Below are positions 39,269 through 49,963 of a DNA stretch of 64,000 nucleotides, in pieces; the stretch's first letter is position 1; every line of letters starts with the position of its first letter. The DNA is from Fimbriimonadia bacterium (GTDB taxonomy: Bacteria; Armatimonadota; Fimbriimonadia; Fimbriimonadales; JABRVX01): assembly GCA_041483895.1 (NCBI GenBank), contig JBGPGO010000005.1, positions 128,001-192,000 of the forward strand. The letters run 5' to 3'. The notes under the pieces were generated by a model. The model was not told the DNA's origin, made no database searches, and saw only the letters and a list, made by a program, of their open reading frames with translations. A program made the position numbers and the translations under genes.

Positions 39269-40804
39269 GTGAAGACCATCAGCGCAGCCCTCATTGCGAC
39301 TTTCGGGGTTGCCGGTCTTTCCGCCCAGGTTCCGGACAACTCCCCGTGGCCGATGTTGGGCCACGACGCGAAACATACCTGTCGTGCCGTAGCCACCGAG
39401 TCGTCCGAGCAGGTCCGCGGCACGATCAAGTGGACGTACGATCCGGATGACACCCACGATTCATCCAACGAGATTGATGGAATCAAAGGTGGAGTCGCCA
39501 TCGGCCCGGATGGCAAGATATTCTTCGGGACACGGGGCGGCCGGTTTATTTGCATTGACCGGAACGGCGACAAAGTTTGGTCCTATCCCGCCCACAACGC
39601 AAATCCATTCCACAATGGCGCCGGCGGCATCGTCTGCACACCGGCTCTTAACGAAGCGTTGGATTTGGGCGACACCCCGACCGTTCCCTACGACGTCTAC
39701 TACGTAACCGTCGACGGATACCTGGTTTCATTCACATCGTCGGGATCGTACCGATGGTCCGCTCAGATTGGGGACGGCGGCGACATATTTACTCATCCCG
39801 TTGTTGGTTCGAACGGCCGGATTTACGTCACATCTCGGTCTGGATCGGGCGGTTCGACTCACGTCCACCTCAAGGCCTATAACAAATCAGGCACCTTACT
39901 GTGGACATACACACCTGCCACACATGTGAACCAAGAAATATTCGGCGGCCCGACAATCGGCGACGACGGGACGATCTATTTTGTGGACACTATGGGTAGA
40001 GTCCACGCCGTGACTGACAACGGAACTTTCGCTTCAGCGAAGTGGAGTCCGGCCTATTTCAGCCTCGGCGGCGCTCGTGTGATCGGCCGGGCCGCCGCGA
40101 TCGATGACAGTGGAACGAATCCTATTCTATATGTTCCGGGATTCAACGGGACCGGAGGCACCAGCGGCATATTTGCCATCGAGGATCGCGGAGCGAATGA
40201 GGAAGCAAGGTTGCATTGGCCCCTTGAACAGATCGGCGAGACCGTGTATTTTCCTGGCTTCCTCGAAGACTTCAACATCTACGATCAGAGCGAGCGCGAG
40301 CCGTTCGATCAAATGGATGGATCGCCCATGCTGGATACTGATGGGCAGATCTGGGTAGGCGAACAGTACTTTACCTACCTGCCGAGGATGGTGCGAATCC
40401 GCGAAGAGACCCGGCCACTCGGCCACCCATTTGAAGGCTATCTATACGCCGATGGTTGGGCGCTCCGAACGCAGGACGGAGATGAAGAGAACGAGCCTCT
40501 TGGCAATCAAGATGTGACTGGCTGGATCGCCATCGACGGCGAAGGGAATTCGTACGCTGTGGGCGCAGTCTATGAAGATCCTCTGATTATTTCCTGGGAT
40601 CCGACATGGGATTCCAACAATCCACATGGCCTCGGGCCGGTTTCCCAAGGCGGTAAGCGCCGCTGGTCCTTGGTGCCCGATACCGATCCCGCACCTTGCC
40701 TAGACCTTGGCTTCACCGCCCTCGATTCTGATGGGACGATCTACATTCCGTCCGGTGATGGCGATACCCCCGACGGACTATTGATAGCTGTCAATGGACC
40801 GTAA
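39269..40804 (+). CDS. Secreted PQQ-binding-like (BamB-like) beta-propeller protein
   Basis: GAGGAGG RBS, signal peptide, SPWPMLGHDAKHT, KWTY, IGPDGKIFFG, IGDDGTIYF. Confidence 0.82.
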   Translation: MKTISAALIATFGVAGLSAQVPDNSPWPMLGHDAKHTCRAVATESSEQVRGTIKWTYDPDDTHDSSNEIDGIKGGVAIGPDGKIFFGTRGGRFICIDRNGDKVWSYPAHNANPFHNGAGGIVCTPALNEALDLGDTPTVPYDVYYVTVDGYLVSFTSSGSYRWSAQIGDGGDIFTHPVVGSNGRIYVTSRSGSGGSTHVHLKAYNKSGTLLWTYTPATHVNQEIFGGPTIGDDGTIYFVDTMGRVHAVTDNGTFASAKWSPAYFSLGGARVIGRAAAIDDSGTNPILYVPGFNGTGGTSGIFAIEDRGANEEARLHWPLEQIGETVYFPGFLEDFNIYDQSEREPFDQMDGSPMLDTDGQIWVGEQYFTYLPRMVRIREETRPLGHPFEGYLYADGWALRTQDGDEENEPLGNQDVTGWIAIDGEGNSYAVGAVYEDPLIISWDPTWDSNNPHGLGPVSQGGKRRWSLVPDTDPAPCLDLGFTALDSDGTIYIPSGDGDTPDGLLIAVNGP

Positions 40805-42029
40805 ATACATTACACTGATGGTCGGATTGGGGCTCCTGCCAGCTGTGGCGCCGGGCCAAATCGTTTGGCGACATCAGAAGCTCCAGTCCGGCCTCTTCAA
40901 TGTATTCGAATGGCCTTACTGCGTGGTCAACGGTTCCGGAAAGGCGGCCTACACTGTTGAGACATCGACGGGCATGAACGTATTCTTAGGTCCAGTCAAT
41001 TACAGCACTCTTGTGTATGGTGGACCGAATTCTTCCCAACTCCGAGGTATCGCAGCAGACGGCGATCCCATTTGGCTATTGTTTAACCACCTATACAAAG
41101 GAAACAAAAGGATTGCAGTGCAGGTGAAGGACGCCGATTTTCAAGATGGACTCGGCGGTCATTTAACGTACGTGGCTACGGTGGCGGGAAGAGATCGGGC
41201 ATTCATTGACGAGACAGACGTGACAACACCCGCGTTGGGCGAAACGGGAATCGGTGTGCTGGCCGAAGTTCCGAATGCATACAGCGTCTTTGCGTGGCGA
41301 GGAAAGGGACCAGGCACGGACGGATACTACGACGTGTTCAAGAGCGGGGTGAATCTCAGCAAGAACCTGCTTGGCGCCAATCGCTATGCTTACCCGAACG
41401 GGACGATGGAAAATGGACAAAGTGTTTGGAACGGACGTGGCGATCTTACCGGAGGGATTTACAAGTATAAGGTTTTTGTAGACACGTTCGATCTCACAAC
41501 CAACGTCCTTGGTCAGGCGGGATCCGGTACCGGCTCCATGAACAATAATCATGTCCTTTGGTTTGGAGGCGACGACCGAGGGCCACAGATTTTCCTCGAT
41601 TCTCGCAGTGTCACCGCGCCGGTCGTCGGCATCAGCCATGATATGCAGCTCTACAAATACAACTGCTCCGCCGACGGAAAGGTGTTGTGGGGCGTTCTGG
41701 TTGATGACGGCATCGATCTCTACGTCGAGTCCTACAACCTCAGCAGAACCGTCCTTGGCCACGGAATGCAGGGCGAGGTGTGCGACATCAACGCGAGCGG
41801 ACACGTCGCATGGACCGGGGAGCCGGTGTTTCCGCAATCCGACGTGTTTTACGACAAATTTAATCTTAGCCAAGACGCACTGGGCGCCGGTCGGGGCAGC
41901 TCCATCGTGATGGCAATCGGCGACGGCGGGCACTTTCTGTGGAAACATGCGAACCCGGCCACCCCGAACCGGTGGGACGTATGGCTCTCCACTCCGATTC
42001 CGGCACGGGCGGTTCCCATCAAGAAATAG
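40794..42029 (+). CDS. Secreted ~43-aa repeat protein, paralog of 50024-51430, lacking PEP-CTERM tail
   Basis: Repeats VFxDxxNLSxxxLG...GxVxW; ends WLSTPIPARAVPIKK. Confidence 0.78.
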   Translation: MDRKYITLMVGLGLLPAVAPGQIVWRHQKLQSGLFNVFEWPYCVVNGSGKAAYTVETSTGMNVFLGPVNYSTLVYGGPNSSQLRGIAADGDPIWLLFNHLYKGNKRIAVQVKDADFQDGLGGHLTYVATVAGRDRAFIDETDVTTPALGETGIGVLAEVPNAYSVFAWRGKGPGTDGYYDVFKSGVNLSKNLLGANRYAYPNGTMENGQSVWNGRGDLTGGIYKYKVFVDTFDLTTNVLGQAGSGTGSMNNNHVLWFGGDDRGPQIFLDSRSVTAPVVGISHDMQLYKYNCSADGKVLWGVLVDDGIDLYVESYNLSRTVLGHGMQGEVCDINASGHVAWTGEPVFPQSDVFYDKFNLSQDALGAGRGSSIVMAIGDGGHFLWKHANPATPNRWDVWLSTPIPARAVPIKK

Positions 42030-42047
42030 GCGTCGTCTGCTTAACCG

Positions 42048-42980
42048 TTACGTGCGCTTCCACCACAGATTCTGCGTGGTGGCCCACTGTTTGGCGGTCG
42101 AGCGGAGAGCCGCGAGGTCGGAATCGGACAGGGATTTGAACGAGCGCGCGGCCTCGACATTGGACTTCACCTGTTCCAGCGTCGTCATCCCGCACGTCAG
42201 CGCGCAGACCGGCAGCGACATCGCGTAGTGCAGAAGCTGCGTGGCGGTCAGCGACCGGGACCCGCCGTTTTGCCAACCCTTCAGGCTCTTCATCCCCGCG
42301 ATGGAAATCCCCATCTCTTTCGCCTTCGGGATCACTTTCTCCGCGAAATCGTTGACATGAAAGTCGGCGGCGGAGACCGGAACCAATATGGAATCAAACT
42401 TGTATCGCTTCAATGCCTCTAAGATCACTTCCGGCCGCGTATGGCCCGTGATGCCGATGTGCCGAATCTTCCCTGCCTTCTTCGCCTCCTCCAACCCATG
42501 CACGGCCCCGCCCTCGCTCAAAGCGGCGTCCAGATTCTGCATGTTGTTGACCGAGTGTATCTGAAGCAGGTCGATATGGTCGGTCTGCAGCCGCTTGAGC
42601 GAGGCATCGACCTCGGCAATGGCCCCGACCTTGTCGCGCGCCAGGGTCTTGGTCGCTAGAAAATACTCTTTCCGCCTTCCGTGTATCGCTCGGCCAATCG
42701 CGATCTCGCAGGCAAACCCTTGGTAGCTCGGCGCGGTGTCCATGTAGTTGATTCCCAAATTGAGGGCGGTTTTCAGCATTCGATCCGTCAGGTCCGCATC
42801 TCCGACCGGCAGCTCCGCCGTTCCGAAAGCGAGCACGCCGGCGTTCCAATCCATCTTCCCCAGCTTGCGCTTCGGCATTTCGCCGGCCTTTTCGGGCATG
42901 GATAGGCCGATCTTCGCGGCGGCCATCGCAACCCCCGCCGCGCCCATCTGCCGGAGAAACTCTCGCCTGGACGTGTCCAT
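42048..42980 (-). CDS. Tat-exported aldo/keto reductase
   Basis: SRREFL twin-arginine signal; GINYMDTAPSY, SLKRLQTDHIDLLQIH, GKIRHIGITGH. Confidence 0.9.
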   Translation of the reverse strand: MDTSRREFLRQMGAAGVAMAAAKIGLSMPEKAGEMPKRKLGKMDWNAGVLAFGTAELPVGDADLTDRMLKTALNLGINYMDTAPSYQGFACEIAIGRAIHGRRKEYFLATKTLARDKVGAIAEVDASLKRLQTDHIDLLQIHSVNNMQNLDAALSEGGAVHGLEEAKKAGKIRHIGITGHTRPEVILEALKRYKFDSILVPVSAADFHVNDFAEKVIPKAKEMGISIAGMKSLKGWQNGGSRSLTATQLLHYAMSLPVCALTCGMTTLEQVKSNVEAARSFKSLSDSDLAALRSTAKQWATTQNLWWKRT

Positions 42981-43055
42981 GCGGGCATGGTACCACGGTA
43001 CCGGCAGTTCCGCCAGGCCCCGGGCATAGACAGGCGGCGGTACAATTGGGACCAT

Positions 43056-44093
43056 ATGAAGCGACTGGAACTGCCACAGCGCAAATGGGTGATCCTCCAG
43101 GCCATCGTGTGGGACTATGTGGACACGGCCGAACCGGTTGGATCGGAGACGCTCGTCCAGCGATATAGTTTGGACGTGAAGCCCGCCACCGTGCGCCACG
43201 AGATGGCGGAGATGCTGGACCTGGGATACCTGCTGCAACCCCATACCTCAGCGGGCCGCGTGCCGTCCGATACCGGCTACCGCTACTATGTGGACCATCT
43301 GGAAGGCGGCGAGGAGCCGACAGCGCAAGAGAAGACCCATCTCAAGGGCATCCAGCGGAAAAAAGAGGACCTAACGGAGATTTTGGAAGAGACCTGCCGA
43401 GTGCTGGCCCGGTTGACCAACTATCTCGCGATCGCGTCGACCGTTCGCAATGACGACGTGTTCATCCGGCAGGCAATCCTGTCGCCGGTGTCCACCGAAC
43501 GGACGCTGATGGTGCTGGTCCTTAGCAACGGACAGGTGGAGAACCGAGTGATCGATGCGGCCCCGCCCAGCCAGGTGGCGGACCTGCAGCGGACGAACGA
43601 TCTGCTTACCGAGTTCATAACCGGCCAAACCCTGCGGGAGATTTCGCGCAGGAAGGCGCCGGAAACATCCCCCGCGGCCACCGCCGAGCTGTTCGCCAAG
43701 GTGATCAAGGAGCTGAAATTGGCGGCGCGCAGCATGTCGCGCGGCAAGACCATCCACGAAGGAGTGGCGAATGTATTGAGCCAGCCGGAATTCAATCGGG
43801 ATGTCGGTTCACTCTTCGACGTGCTTTCGTTTATCGATGACGAGGCGACGGTTTCGAAGACTCTGGAGCAGGCGGGGCAGGAGGGCGCGACGATCCTGAT
43901 CGGCTCGGAATCGGGACACGAGAAGGTGGCCCACTGCTCCATGGTGGCAAACCGGTTCTTTATCGGCGACAAGGAGGCGGGCGTGATTGGGGTGCTGGGG
44001 CCGACCCGGATGCGGTATGAAACGGCGATCTCCCTGGTCCGATATTCGTCCCAGTTGCTCACGGAGACCCTGAGCAGAATGTTCGCAAATTAG
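43056..44093 (+). CDS. hrcA: Heat-inducible transcription repressor
   Basis: AEPVGS, ATVRHEMA, QPHTSAGRVPSDTGYRYYVD, GVLGPTRMRY. Confidence 0.96.
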   Translation: MKRLELPQRKWVILQAIVWDYVDTAEPVGSETLVQRYSLDVKPATVRHEMAEMLDLGYLLQPHTSAGRVPSDTGYRYYVDHLEGGEEPTAQEKTHLKGIQRKKEDLTEILEETCRVLARLTNYLAIASTVRNDDVFIRQAILSPVSTERTLMVLVLSNGQVENRVIDAAPPSQVADLQRTNDLLTEFITGQTLREISRRKAPETSPAATAELFAKVIKELKLAARSMSRGKTIHEGVANVLSQPEFNRDVGSLFDVLSFIDDEATVSKTLEQAGQEGATILIGSESGHEKVAHCSMVANRFFIGDKEAGVIGVLGPTRMRYETAISLVRYSSQLLTETLSRMFAN

Positions 44094-44122
44094 GGAGTTA
44101 TGGTATAATTTCGTCTACTAGT

Positions 44123-44668
44123 ATGAAACGGCAGTTCATTATCGAGCGGGACGGGAAGAGCTTTGTTCTTTACGCGGGGCTTTTGGATGCCGCCCACGAA
44201 CAGGGCTTGGAGTCCATCGAAACCGACCTGATCCAGGTCCCGGCGCAGGCGAACGGCGAGGTGGCGATTTGCCGCGCCCGCGTCGTCACTGCCAAAGGAT
44301 CGTTCGTCGGGTTGGGCGACGCCGCGCCGGACAACGTGCCCGCAGAGTTCACAACCTGCCTCATTCGTATGGCGGAGACCCGGGCGAAGGCCCGGGCGTT
44401 GCGCGACGCCGTGAACGTGGGCATGGCCTCCTTCGAAGAGCTGCCTGGCCTCGATGAGGTGGACCTGAGCGACGATCTGGCCTACTCCCAACCCACGGCC
44501 GCGGAACCGGAGCCGCCGCCCATCAATATTCCGAAAGAGGCCGCGACGTGCGACGAGTGCGGCAAAACGCTCACCCTGCCCCAAACGCAGCTCAGCATGG
44601 TGGCATTCGGCATGCCGCTGTGCCCCAAGTGCCAACAATCTCGCCGCAAAGCCGGTGCCGCCCGGTAG
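44123..44668 (+). CDS. Conserved hypothetical protein, Rad52/Sak-like fold inferred, with C-terminal Zn ribbon
   Basis: YAGLL, GLGDA, RMAETRAKARALRDAVNVG; CDEC...CPKC. Confidence 0.7.
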   Translation: MKRQFIIERDGKSFVLYAGLLDAAHEQGLESIETDLIQVPAQANGEVAICRARVVTAKGSFVGLGDAAPDNVPAEFTTCLIRMAETRAKARALRDAVNVGMASFEELPGLDEVDLSDDLAYSQPTAAEPEPPPINIPKEAATCDECGKTLTLPQTQLSMVAFGMPLCPKCQQSRRKAGAAR

Positions 44669-44835
44669 GTCTCGCAGTTGCATCAACTTCCCCGCCGTCA
44701 CGTTCAAAAGAGCCAAGTAGAATTATCTGTCGTCGCGGACCGATTGCCATTTTATGCCGCATCCATTGGGTCCGCCGTGCGTACTAACTATCTGGTTGTA
44801 TAATATGATTACTCTTAACGGGACCCGGTGATACT

Positions 44836-47295
44836 ATGAAAAAGATCCTTATCTTCCTTTCCTTCGCGGTCTGCCTCGCGGCGTACTGCCAGGAACAGAC
44901 CGTCCGGCTGTCGGACGATTCGCGCCTGACGAAGAAGTTCACCAAGAATTACGAAGCGACCTCGTTCAAATCGCTGTTGGAGGACTTTACGGCCGCAACC
45001 GGCGCGGACATCAAGGCCGGCAACAAGATTTCCGGGGATCTCATCATTCTGTCGGTGAAAGACAAGTCCTATGCCGAGATCATGGCGAAGATCGCCGAGC
45101 ACTTCGATTTCGGATGGGAAATCAAGGGAAGCGCGCCGAGCTATTCCTACGTTCTCAGCCAGCCCACCGACGCTGCAAAGCGGGAATACCGCAATCGGCT
45201 CGATTCCGAGCGAAAGCGAATCGCGAAGATTCGAGAAGTGGTGGCGAAGGTCGCAAAACTCTCGGACAAAGAGATCGATGGGATGAGGGAAAAGTATAAG
45301 GAATGGGCAAAGGCAGAGCCCAAGATCGATTGGAAGAAGATTGAGGAGGAGCACAACCGTAACGACGAATGGCAGCAGTCGCCGGAAGAGAAGGCTCATC
45401 AGATTTGGCAGTCAAAGCCGGAAGGACAACTGAGCGACGATATCCGCGCGGATCGCCGCACCATCGCGCAGTTCCTGTCCAACCTGAGCGACCAGACCTG
45501 GGACCGAATCGCGGCGGGAGACCCCGTGAGTTTCTGCACCGCTCCGCGCATGTATCAGCTTTCCCTCGCCAATCAGTGGATTGGAACGATGCGCGACTGG
45601 TGCGCCTATGAACCAAGCGCGGGGGAAGCACCGGCGGTCGAAGACGATGCCTCGCCGCCAGCGCCGGAAGATGTCTATCAAGGCATGAACGTCGATCCGG
45701 AAGCGAGCATCGGTCCGTCCGTGCATCCGGTCTGGTCGGAGGAGCAGGGAGATGTTCCCAACGGGCCAGGTGTGGATACCAACCCACAGTCCGTCGCAAC
45801 AGTCACAATCTTGGTGCGGTATGGAACGACGAATCGATGGATGATGTCCAGCGACGCGGGCGGACTTTCCGTCAACCTGATTGGCATGGACCGACGACGG
45901 CGCTCCGTATATGTCGGGGAATATCGCTTCGATGCCCCCACCAGCACCCCCAGTTTCTTTGGCAATGCAATGGCCGCCGCTGGCATAAAGACTTCCGACG
46001 ACACGGAAGAAAAGAGGCCTGAACCGCCGCCGCCCGATTATTCCAAGGATCCGATCTTAGGCCGCAAGGTCGTTATGCCGAAGCTGGTTCCAGACGTCCC
46101 GACAGATGATCCGACTGGCGGCATGCTCGCGGTTATGCGACACTTTATGCAGGACATGATCAAGAAAGATCCGCTCAACTGGGTGGCCGCGCCGACGCGA
46201 TTGGCCATAGCGGACTCCGCTGAACTCTGTCTCATCTCGGATGCGTTCGACGTCAGCAACCCATCGCAAACTTTGGGGATATTTGCCGGCATGCAGCCGG
46301 GTGGTCCGACCAAAGAGAATCAGAGAGTTGGACAAGCGCTGGATGAGATGAAGGCGAACGAGAGCGAAGATTGGGTCGTGAAAGACGGCTGGATTTCGCT
46401 GCGCAATCGAGAATATGGCTACTATCGGCCGCGCCAGATGCCGCGCGATACGCTCGTCGCGATCTACCGAATGGCATCCGGCAGCGAAGAACCGACAATC
46501 GATCAGCTCGCCTCGCTCGCCAATTCCGCAAACGAGCTTCAATATCGCAGCCTTTCGATGAACGGCATGGATTTCCTGATGATGGCCAGCACCGGCAAGG
46601 CCCTTTTCAGCCCGGAATCGCGAGCGATGCTGCGGCTCTGGAGCTCGCTCAGCCCGTTCCATCGCAACACTCTCACGGCCGGCAAGCCGCTTTCGATTGA
46701 CAGCCTGATGCCCAACCAAAAGGCCAACGTGATCGACGCCATCCGAGAATACAACGCCATGTATGGCGGACAGGGAATGGACTTCGACATGAGCAACATC
46801 GGGGAAGAACAGACGGACGACAAAGGTCCGTTCCGGTCTCCAACCAGTCCCTTCGATTGGGCGGAACGGGTGCCGCAAAGCACCTCTTTCCCGCTGAGCG
46901 TGTCTTTGGAGTCAACGCGCAAGAACGGCTTCTATGTTGAATTAGCGGACAAGCAAGGTGGCGGCGCCTTTTACCACATGTCGATCAGTCCCTCAATGCT
47001 CGGCGACATTGCGGACGTTCCCGAGGACGCGCGGCAGCAGATGGAGCAGATGGGGATGAAGCCCAAGATGGGGCGCGAAGAATCGCTAAAGATGCAGTTC
47101 CGCATCCATCTGACGGATCGAATCGCCATCCCCGTCAAATTGAGCTTCTCAAAACGCATGCCAAATTCCGATTTCGATATCTTTAGTCCTCCGCAGGATG
47201 TCAAAGACCAAATCGCTGCGGAGAAAAAGAAGCGCAAAAAGATGCAAGAAGATCAAGCGGCGCCACCCACACCGGCCGAAGGCCCGGGTGGCTAG
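44836..47295 (+). CDS. Large secreted hypothetical protein
   Basis: 819-aa ORF with signal peptide; no family recognised. Confidence 0.75.
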   Translation: MKKILIFLSFAVCLAAYCQEQTVRLSDDSRLTKKFTKNYEATSFKSLLEDFTAATGADIKAGNKISGDLIILSVKDKSYAEIMAKIAEHFDFGWEIKGSAPSYSYVLSQPTDAAKREYRNRLDSERKRIAKIREVVAKVAKLSDKEIDGMREKYKEWAKAEPKIDWKKIEEEHNRNDEWQQSPEEKAHQIWQSKPEGQLSDDIRADRRTIAQFLSNLSDQTWDRIAAGDPVSFCTAPRMYQLSLANQWIGTMRDWCAYEPSAGEAPAVEDDASPPAPEDVYQGMNVDPEASIGPSVHPVWSEEQGDVPNGPGVDTNPQSVATVTILVRYGTTNRWMMSSDAGGLSVNLIGMDRRRRSVYVGEYRFDAPTSTPSFFGNAMAAAGIKTSDDTEEKRPEPPPPDYSKDPILGRKVVMPKLVPDVPTDDPTGGMLAVMRHFMQDMIKKDPLNWVAAPTRLAIADSAELCLISDAFDVSNPSQTLGIFAGMQPGGPTKENQRVGQALDEMKANESEDWVVKDGWISLRNREYGYYRPRQMPRDTLVAIYRMASGSEEPTIDQLASLANSANELQYRSLSMNGMDFLMMASTGKALFSPESRAMLRLWSSLSPFHRNTLTAGKPLSIDSLMPNQKANVIDAIREYNAMYGGQGMDFDMSNIGEEQTDDKGPFRSPTSPFDWAERVPQSTSFPLSVSLESTRKNGFYVELADKQGGGAFYHMSISPSMLGDIADVPEDARQQMEQMGMKPKMGREESLKMQFRIHLTDRIAIPVKLSFSKRMPNSDFDIFSPPQDVKDQIAAEKKKRKKMQEDQAAPPTPAEGPGG

Positions 47296-47995
47296 GCTCC
47301 GGGTACTTTTCACCAACGACCTTCACGGGAGATTGACGGAGTCGCAGGCGCACCAGCTTGCTGCGATGAAGGCGGAAGAGCCGGACACGATTCTGCTCGA
47401 TGCCGGCGACGCGGTGAAGGTCGGAAACGTCGGCATTCCTCTCTTTCCGGAACCGGTTTGGCGTCTGATGGAGATCGCGGGATACGACGCGCTGACGCTG
47501 GGCAACCGGGAGTTTCATATTACCGAAATCGGTCTGCGCGCGAAGTTGAAAGGCGCGCCGATGCCGGTGCTGTGCGCGAACATGCGATCGAAAGGGTGCT
47601 CGGAACCGCGACTCGCCCCGTTTGTTCTGCTCAAGACTCCATCCGGCATATCCGTCGGCGTCATCGGCGTGACGGTGCCGATGGTGACCGAGCGTATGGC
47701 CGCGCGAATGATCAGCGCGTTCCTGTTCGATCCACCGATCGAGACAGTGCTGCGCCTGGCCCCATCGCTCCGCGCGAACTGCGACGTATTGATTGCGCTG
47801 ACCCATATCGGGCTGAAGGCCGATTTGGAACTGGCGTCGCGCGTGCCGGAACTGGACCTGATCATTGGGGGGCATTCGCACGAGGTCTTGCACGAGCCGC
47901 GCTTCGTCGACCGCTGCCCGGTTGTCCAGGCCGGCTCGCATGGAAAGTTTGTTGGGGACCTTCGGATCGAAATGAACGCAGGCTGCTTGGAGTAG
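47288..47995 (+). CDS. Metallophosphoesterase (5'-nucleotidase N-terminal-like)
   Basis: TNDLHG, LDAGD, LGNRE, LTHIG, GGHSH. Confidence 0.88.
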   Translation: MARLRVLFTNDLHGRLTESQAHQLAAMKAEEPDTILLDAGDAVKVGNVGIPLFPEPVWRLMEIAGYDALTLGNREFHITEIGLRAKLKGAPMPVLCANMRSKGCSEPRLAPFVLLKTPSGISVGVIGVTVPMVTERMAARMISAFLFDPPIETVLRLAPSLRANCDVLIALTHIGLKADLELASRVPELDLIIGGHSHEVLHEPRFVDRCPVVQAGSHGKFVGDLRIEMNAGCLE

Positions 47996-48252
47996 GATTA
48001 TTCTCTCCGGCCTTTACGCTGAAAGAATAACTGCGTCGATGCCGCAGCTGCAGGAAAGTGATTAGCAAGGTACTCCTGCGAACTGGTCTCGTAACTGTAA
48101 TGACATTTACCGTTCGGATGGTGGCCCAAATGGTTCAGGTACCCGCACTCATGTCGGTACTGATTAATACCGGCTCGTGAATCGTTGCCGATGGTGCTAT
48201 CCTTCAAATGCCCGTAATAGTGCGGTCCACACGAACCTAAAAGGAGGTTAAA

Positions 48253-49956
48253 ATGAAACCCACTGGTTTTGCTTTGAGTGAACTTGGAAGGTGTAGAATG
48301 AAAAGTAGGGTAAATCTGCGAACCGCACTCGTAATTGTAATTTCGATTACGGGCGTGGCGGTTGTAGGGCAACAAGAGCGCAATATCTTCAAATCCTCAT
48401 GGGGGATGGGAGGATACGGCTATCACCGGACGGCAAACCGTGACTACTACAGGGTTCCCGGCGGAGCGGGATCTTCGGGCGCGGTCGCATGGTCCTTTCA
48501 ACTATCCAGCGCGGCGGACATCAACACGGGAGTTGTGTGCACGCCCGTGACGAACTACAAACCGGAGGACGGCACCGTCGATCCGACTCCAACGATCTAC
48601 TTTGGCGCGGACGACGGGAAGCTGTACGCCTACACGCTCGATTGGGCCAACTCCACTCCCAGTTCCCGCGCGGTCCTCAAATGGTCTTTTCAAGTGACCG
48701 AGGACAGCATCGACTTTCCCATTCGATCCACCCCGACGCTCGTCTATTTCAAGAACCCAGCGGAAGGTCAAAACTCGTGGGGCATCTGCTTCGGCGCGGA
48801 TAACGGGCGGGTGTACTGTCTTCGGGATGACGGCAGCGGAGCTACGCTGATGTGGCGTTGGTCGAGAGTCGGAGCGAAGGTCAGCAATACCTATCCGATT
48901 ATCCGCAGCAGTCCTCTCTTTCGGCCGAGCCTCGCCCAAACTCAACCGGAACCGCCGTACCCGCAGCTCGTTTTCGTGGGCGCGGTCGGGGCGGATGGCG
49001 GCGGAGTTCTGGCCGGTTTCGACGTGGACTTTGACGGCTCCGGTGGAGATAATTCGCCGGCTTCCGGCTACAACATCACCACAATCGGTGCGGGCATCGC
49101 TGCTTCCGTCAGCTATGTTGCGGACTGGCAGGAGGTCAACAACGTCTGGTACTTTGAGCGCGGCTATCTCGTGGTACCTGACCTCGGAAACGTCATCCAT
49201 TGCATATTCGACAATCTGTCCGGCTTCCAAGATCACCAAACCCGCGCCAACGCATATGAGCCCACCGCCCCGATAACTGGCTGGGCAGCAATCCGCGAGG
49301 AGGGTGGAATTAGTGAGGTTACTGCCTACGTGGGAACCGCGGCGCATAACGACTCAAATTACGGCGGTTTCATCTACGCGGCGACAGCCCAGCTGACTTG
49401 GAGCCAAGGCACGTCAACCCTTTCATGGAGATGGTCCGGTTTGCCGCACAAGCGGATAGAAACGACGCCGTATCGGCCACCTGGACTCCCACCCCCGCCA
49501 ATTCAGGACCTGAACCTTGGTTTCATTTACGCCGATCCGTGTATTGACACGGCCGGTGAGGCGATCTTCGGGACCTGGCTTGCGGGCGCGGAGGCGCCAT
49601 CCGGCGGATCAGCGTTCGGAATGTTCACGCACGTCAGTGACGCCGGGACCACCGCAACCGCTCCGCTAGACTTCAAGAACACGACCAGCCCGAAGGACTA
49701 TCGCGCGACGCCATGCGTTGGGCGTCGGTACACCGGCGGTAGCGACGCAATCTTCTTCGTCACCGCCGGCGGTTCGCTAACGGCGGGCACGACAGGCGGC
49801 GCCATCGCGTATCCATTCCCGATCAGCCTCGGCTACGATGTTGGCGATGCGAACGACGCGTATGGCGCTCGACCCATGATCGTTGTCGACGGAGAGGGAT
49901 TGATCTATATCGGCGGGCACGGCGGCCACATGAAGGCCGTCTGGGCGCCCCACTAG
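48253..49956 (+). CDS. Secreted PQQ-binding-like beta-propeller protein
   Basis: AAGGAGGT RBS; SSWGMGG..HRT, IYFGADDGKLYAY, LKWSF, IRSTP, FGADNGRVYCL. Confidence 0.78.
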   Translation: MKPTGFALSELGRCRMKSRVNLRTALVIVISITGVAVVGQQERNIFKSSWGMGGYGYHRTANRDYYRVPGGAGSSGAVAWSFQLSSAADINTGVVCTPVTNYKPEDGTVDPTPTIYFGADDGKLYAYTLDWANSTPSSRAVLKWSFQVTEDSIDFPIRSTPTLVYFKNPAEGQNSWGICFGADNGRVYCLRDDGSGATLMWRWSRVGAKVSNTYPIIRSSPLFRPSLAQTQPEPPYPQLVFVGAVGADGGGVLAGFDVDFDGSGGDNSPASGYNITTIGAGIAASVSYVADWQEVNNVWYFERGYLVVPDLGNVIHCIFDNLSGFQDHQTRANAYEPTAPITGWAAIREEGGISEVTAYVGTAAHNDSNYGGFIYAATAQLTWSQGTSTLSWRWSGLPHKRIETTPYRPPGLPPPPIQDLNLGFIYADPCIDTAGEAIFGTWLAGAEAPSGGSAFGMFTHVSDAGTTATAPLDFKNTTSPKDYRATPCVGRRYTGGSDAIFFVTAGGSLTAGTTGGAIAYPFPISLGYDVGDANDAYGARPMIVVDGEGLIYIGGHGGHMKAVWAPH

Positions 49957-49963
49957 TAACCAC

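Noticed and set aside
42981..43244. Long overlapping N-termini of the aldo/keto reductase and hrcA
   Set aside because: Tat signal and -10 boxes place true starts at 42980 and 43056
47998..48375. 125-aa minus-strand ORF in the spacer before module 2
   Set aside because: Overlaps the start of the SD-supported 48253 gene, has no RBS and no recognisable motif
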